NCBI GenBank assembly: GCA_002372175.1
Contig: DFIS01000080.1
Location: forward strand, 1 to 39,664
Direction of reading: 5' to 3'
From: Solobacterium sp. UBA3691
GTDB taxonomy: Bacteria > Bacillota_I > Bacilli_A > Erysipelotrichales > Erysipelotrichaceae
DNA: 39,664 bases
Of the stretch, positions 36,655 through 39,664 are shown one piece after another. The notes beneath the pieces were generated by a model. The model saw only the letters and a program-made list of their open reading frames with translations, had not been told where the DNA came from and searched no databases. Numbering within the stretch: position 1 is the first letter of the stretch; each line of letters begins with the position of its first letter. A program made the translations under genes and the position numbers.

Positions 36655-37904
36655 GCCTGACCTTCATCTTTATGTTTGGAACTCTTGAAACTTCTTACCG
36701 TAATATTCGGATTATTCGCATTCTTATCCGTACGGTTATCCTGTCTGCGCCTGTTTCTGTCCTTCTGACGGTTATTGTTCCGGCGCTGTTCATTCTTCTC
36801 TTTTGCCTGTTTGTTTTCTTCCTTACGCTGCGGTTTCTCCGGCTTCTGCTTTCTCGGCTCGTTATTTACCGCAAGCTGTGCAGGTGCCTTCTCCTGCGGA
36901 TTACTGATATTGTTTTCACGGCGGAAGGTACGCACTTCTGCCTTGTTCTTCTCTTTCGCTGTCTCTGCCTGCTTGGCTTCGATCTGGGCGCTTCTGACGA
37001 CCTTGACAGACCTTCTCTGTCCGTCTGCTGCCTTCTTGACCGATACACCCTTGCGGATGATACCCTTTTCTCTCAGCTCATCCAGCGTCAGGATACGGTA
37101 TGTCTCACTGTTTTCAATACGTGCTTCATTCGCGATGACATTGATCGAAGTGACTTTGTACAGTTCATCCTCGTATTCAACATTGCCGCCTAGCTTGGGC
37201 AGTCCGGCAATACACTGCTTGTATACATCATCCTCAAACTTCAGACAGCACATCAGCTTACCGCACATACCGGAAAGCTTTTCGATATTCAGCGCCAGCT
37301 GCTGGTTCTTCGCCATATTGATCGAGATGATGTCAAAGTGGTTCTTAAACCGTGTACAGCAGCACTCCATGCCGCAGATACCGATACCGCCGGTCATCTT
37401 CGCCTTATCTCTGTCACCGATCTGACGCAGTTCTATACGGCAGTGCAGTCTGGCCCCGAGACGCTTCAGCAGCTCACGGAAGTCCACTCTCTGTTCAGCC
37501 ATGTATACGATCAGGATCTTGGATCTGTCCAGCAGGTAGGAAGCACTGAGCAGACGCATCTGCAGACCGAGATCGGAGACCTCTTCCTGACATACTCTCA
37601 GGGCATCCTTGGCATAGATAAAATTGTCTTCAAAGTTCTGTATATCTTCTTCTGTAGCTTTTCTCAGTACAGGACTCAGTATCAGTTTCACAGGCTGCTT
37701 TTCAATACTAACGGATGAAGACTGACACTGTCCGAGTTCTATCCCCTGCGATGTCTCCACAACAACACGGTCTCCCGCACACAGTGTGGGGTCATCGGTT
37801 CCGAATGTATATGATTTACTGGTGTTATGAAACTTCACCTGTACTGTATATAGGAAAGTCCGGATCTCCGGTACGGCTTCCTGTGTATTTTCCACAACCG
37901 TCAT
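36651..37904 (-). CDS. ricT: PSP1-domain protein YaaT/RicT with a ~140-aa highly basic C-terminal extension
   Basis: 417-aa ORF with a PSP1 core containing a Cys cluster (GICGMECCCTRF...CGKLMCCLKFE). The tail is K/R/N/Q-rich (…RKEENKQAKEKNEQRRNNNRQKDRNRRRQDNRTDKN…). It has an ATGA overlap with holB. Confidence 0.85.
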   Translation of the reverse strand: MTVVENTQEAVPEIRTFLYTVQVKFHNTSKSYTFGTDDPTLCAGDRVVVETSQGIELGQCQSSSVSIEKQPVKLILSPVLRKATEEDIQNFEDNFIYAKDALRVCQEEVSDLGLQMRLLSASYLLDRSKILIVYMAEQRVDFRELLKRLGARLHCRIELRQIGDRDKAKMTGGIGICGMECCCTRFKNHFDIISINMAKNQQLALNIEKLSGMCGKLMCCLKFEDDVYKQCIAGLPKLGGNVEYEDELYKVTSINVIANEARIENSETYRILTLDELREKGIIRKGVSVKKAADGQRRSVKVVRSAQIEAKQAETAKEKNKAEVRTFRRENNISNPQEKAPAQLAVNNEPRKQKPEKPQRKEENKQAKEKNEQRRNNNRQKDRNRRRQDNRTDKNANNPNITVRSFKSSKHKDEGQA

Positions 37905-39010
37905 TTTCCCAATACCTCCATTCTGTATATCGCCTGATCCATAAGCAGATTCAGGTCGTTATTCCGATTGATCAGATCCCTCTCCTCTACTGCGATCTTC
38001 AGGATCTTCGCAGTATCGGCATACCGGGGATGCTTTACAGCTTTATGATACCACGGCGGACCGTCTTCGGCACCACGCAGGATATCTTCACAGTATGTGA
38101 TGATCATCCCGAAAAACATCTGTACCAGAGCCAGATTCACATCCTTCACATTCTCTCCGGGACCGGCATCCTTCGGCTTTACCCGCATACGTACGTCGTA
38201 GTCCACCAGCAGATATGCCCGGTTTCCTTCCTCACCCAGCCATTGCCTGAACATGGTCTTGGCACGCTGGTATGCGGGGGAAGCCGCCATAGCCCCGTAA
38301 TCGCCGGTCTTGCCGGTGATGCGGGAAAGAAAGTAAGCATCTTCGGGATCGAGCCCTTCCTGCAGGGCAAGTTCATAGTATACGCTGCTGTCGATTGGTT
38401 TGAAGGGAACCGGCACACAGCGTGAGATGATCGTCGGCAGCACTCTTTCGCGGTTGTCGGTGATCAGGATCGCATAGACATTGTCAGCGGGTTCTTCAAG
38501 AAACTTGAGCAGGCTGTTCATGGCTCCGTAGGTCATATTCTCACAGTGTTCAAGGATATACAGCTTGCGGTCTCTTTCCTCCATGGATGTCTTGGCAAAG
38601 GCTTCCTGCAGATCATCCACATCATTCTTGTCGATTGCCTGACTGCCGGAGCCGTCATAGTACAGAAGATCGCCATAGGTGCCTTCAGCGATCCTGCGGG
38701 CATCTTCCTTGTCCTGACCGCTGAGTTTTTCCTCATCGATCAGTTCATGCGCACCGAGGATGATACTCTGGGCAAACAGTACCGCCATCTCCTTCTTCAG
38801 GGAACCTGCGGTACCGGTAAACAGGCAGGCATGGGGTACCTGATCCTGTTTCAGCGCCTGTTCAAGCATACGAAAAACCACCGGCTGATGTTCCGCCAGC
38901 AGTTTTCTTGAAGCGATCCTTGCGTTCAGCTGTATGCGTTCCGACTCTGTGCGTTCGTTGGCTTCTCTGACCTGTTCAGCTTCCTTCTTTGTCAGTGATA
39001 CCTTAGGCAT
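37901..39010 (-). CDS. holB: DNA polymerase III delta-prime subunit
   Basis: I placed the start at the ATG at 39010 (AAGGAG RBS, overlapping the tmk stop). The AAA+-like motif is HACLFTGTAGSLKKEMAVLFAQ. It sits in the conserved tmk-holB-yaaT context and has a ~45-aa charged N-terminal extension. Confidence 0.8.
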   Translation of the reverse strand: MPKVSLTKKEAEQVREANERTESERIQLNARIASRKLLAEHQPVVFRMLEQALKQDQVPHACLFTGTAGSLKKEMAVLFAQSIILGAHELIDEEKLSGQDKEDARRIAEGTYGDLLYYDGSGSQAIDKNDVDDLQEAFAKTSMEERDRKLYILEHCENMTYGAMNSLLKFLEEPADNVYAILITDNRERVLPTIISRCVPVPFKPIDSSVYYELALQEGLDPEDAYFLSRITGKTGDYGAMAASPAYQRAKTMFRQWLGEEGNRAYLLVDYDVRMRVKPKDAGPGENVKDVNLALVQMFFGMIITYCEDILRGAEDGPPWYHKAVKHPRYADTAKILKIAVEERDLINRNNDLNLLMDQAIYRMEVLGK

Positions 39011-39629
39011 CAAGGATCTCCTTGATGATCCTGCAGGCATCCTCTATGACTTCTTCGGGAGTGCGGCCGGCATCTACGCATATGATCCTGTCGGGATAGC
39101 GTCTGACGACTTCCTGATAGCCTTCGTATACAGCTCTGTGAAACTCTATGCTTTCCTGGTCAAGACGGTCAAGGAAACTGCGGTCAGCGATACGCTTCAG
39201 TCCCTCTTCGGCAGAGATGTCAAGAAAGATCGTCTTGTCAGGCATGGCCCCGGCAATCGCAAATTCGTTGATGGCATAGACTTCTTCAATGCCAAGTCCC
39301 CGGCCGCAGCCCTGATAGGCCAGTGAGCTGTCGACAAAACGGTCACAGATCACATGTGTGCCTTCTTCAAGAGCGGGGAAGACTCTGTCGACGAGGTGCT
39401 GACGTCTGCTTGCGGCATACAGTAAAGCCTCCGTACGGGCATCCATCTCCGTATTCTGCGGATCAAGGATGATACCGCGGATCTGTTCAGCGATATTACT
39501 GCCTCCGGGTTCCCTTGTATAACGTACGGGATAGCCCATCTCCTGCAGTTTCTTTACCACTGCCGTGCTGACGGTCGTCTTGCCGGATCCATCCGGACCT
39601 TCAAATGTAATAAACTTTCCTCTGGTCAT
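39003..39629 (-). CDS. tmk: dTMP (thymidylate) kinase
   Basis: 208-aa ORF with the P-loop FITFEGPDGSGKTT and the motifs YTREPGG and DRFVDSSLAYQG. Confidence 0.92.
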   Translation of the reverse strand: MTRGKFITFEGPDGSGKTTVSTAVVKKLQEMGYPVRYTREPGGSNIAEQIRGIILDPQNTEMDARTEALLYAASRRQHLVDRVFPALEEGTHVICDRFVDSSLAYQGCGRGLGIEEVYAINEFAIAGAMPDKTIFLDISAEEGLKRIADRSFLDRLDQESIEFHRAVYEGYQEVVRRYPDRIICVDAGRTPEEVIEDACRIIKEILDA

Positions 39630-39664
39630 CGATAAGATTATACCACGGGAGAAGCCTGTGATTC

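Noticed and set aside
35728-38425. Plus-strand ORFs of 227, 225, 216, 126 and 236 aa
   Set aside because: They are antisense to the rsmI, ricT and holB genes, all of which have strong conserved motifs and ATGA-type coupling. These are shadow ORFs.

Overview
The window looks like a Firmicutes/Clostridia-type chromosome. GC is roughly 50-55% by eye (not computed), and nearly all genes are on the minus strand. Most of it is ordinary. The left part carries a full-length MATE efflux gene with an internally deleted MATE remnant beside it, an esterase, and an M16C insulinase-type peptidase. The middle carries a citrate-lyase-like citDEF cluster with a D-2-hydroxyacid dehydrogenase and a divergent GntR/FCD regulator, a substrate-binding protein coupled to a 1125-aa MscS-family channel, a VanX-type dipeptidase, azlCD, and a LeuCD-type dehydratase pair with a second divergent GntR/FCD regulator. 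The right part carries a phosphodiester-glycosidase-like protein, another MATE, a lactonase plus GH32 sucrose-6-P hydrolase, a flavin reductase, PrsW, and the conserved tmk-holB-yaaT(ricT)-rsmI block. I saw no rRNA, tRNA or CRISPR array. The stand-out region is an AT-rich island of about 10 kb (about 6.3-16.6 kb, roughly 35-40% GC by eye) between the M16 peptidase and the dehydrogenase terminator. It encodes a co-directional cluster, listed here in transcription order. First is a frameshifted small serine recombinase. Next is an 861-aa soluble Zn-ribbon/TPR/TIR/coiled-coil/DUF6273-like protein, then a possible small coupled ORF. Then come a 616-aa SPFH (YdjI/COG4260-like) protein with three N-terminal Zn-ribbons and three C-terminal tandem RanBP2-like Zn fingers, a 229-aa 4-TM protein, and a 313-aa protein with a C-terminal HEPN-like Rx4H motif. 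Last is an 876-aa paralogous TIR protein that carries a transmembrane helix, giving a Toll-like-receptor-like topology. I propose this as an uncharacterised, membrane-linked TIR conflict/defence system. A set of AAGTACAC-core inverted repeats brackets a promoter-like element between the recombinase and the first TIR gene, which may make expression phase-variable. A TGTATAC-core operator motif recurs in three promoter regions and suggests a shared GntR regulon. All functional calls come from by-eye motif and family recognition, with no searches run.
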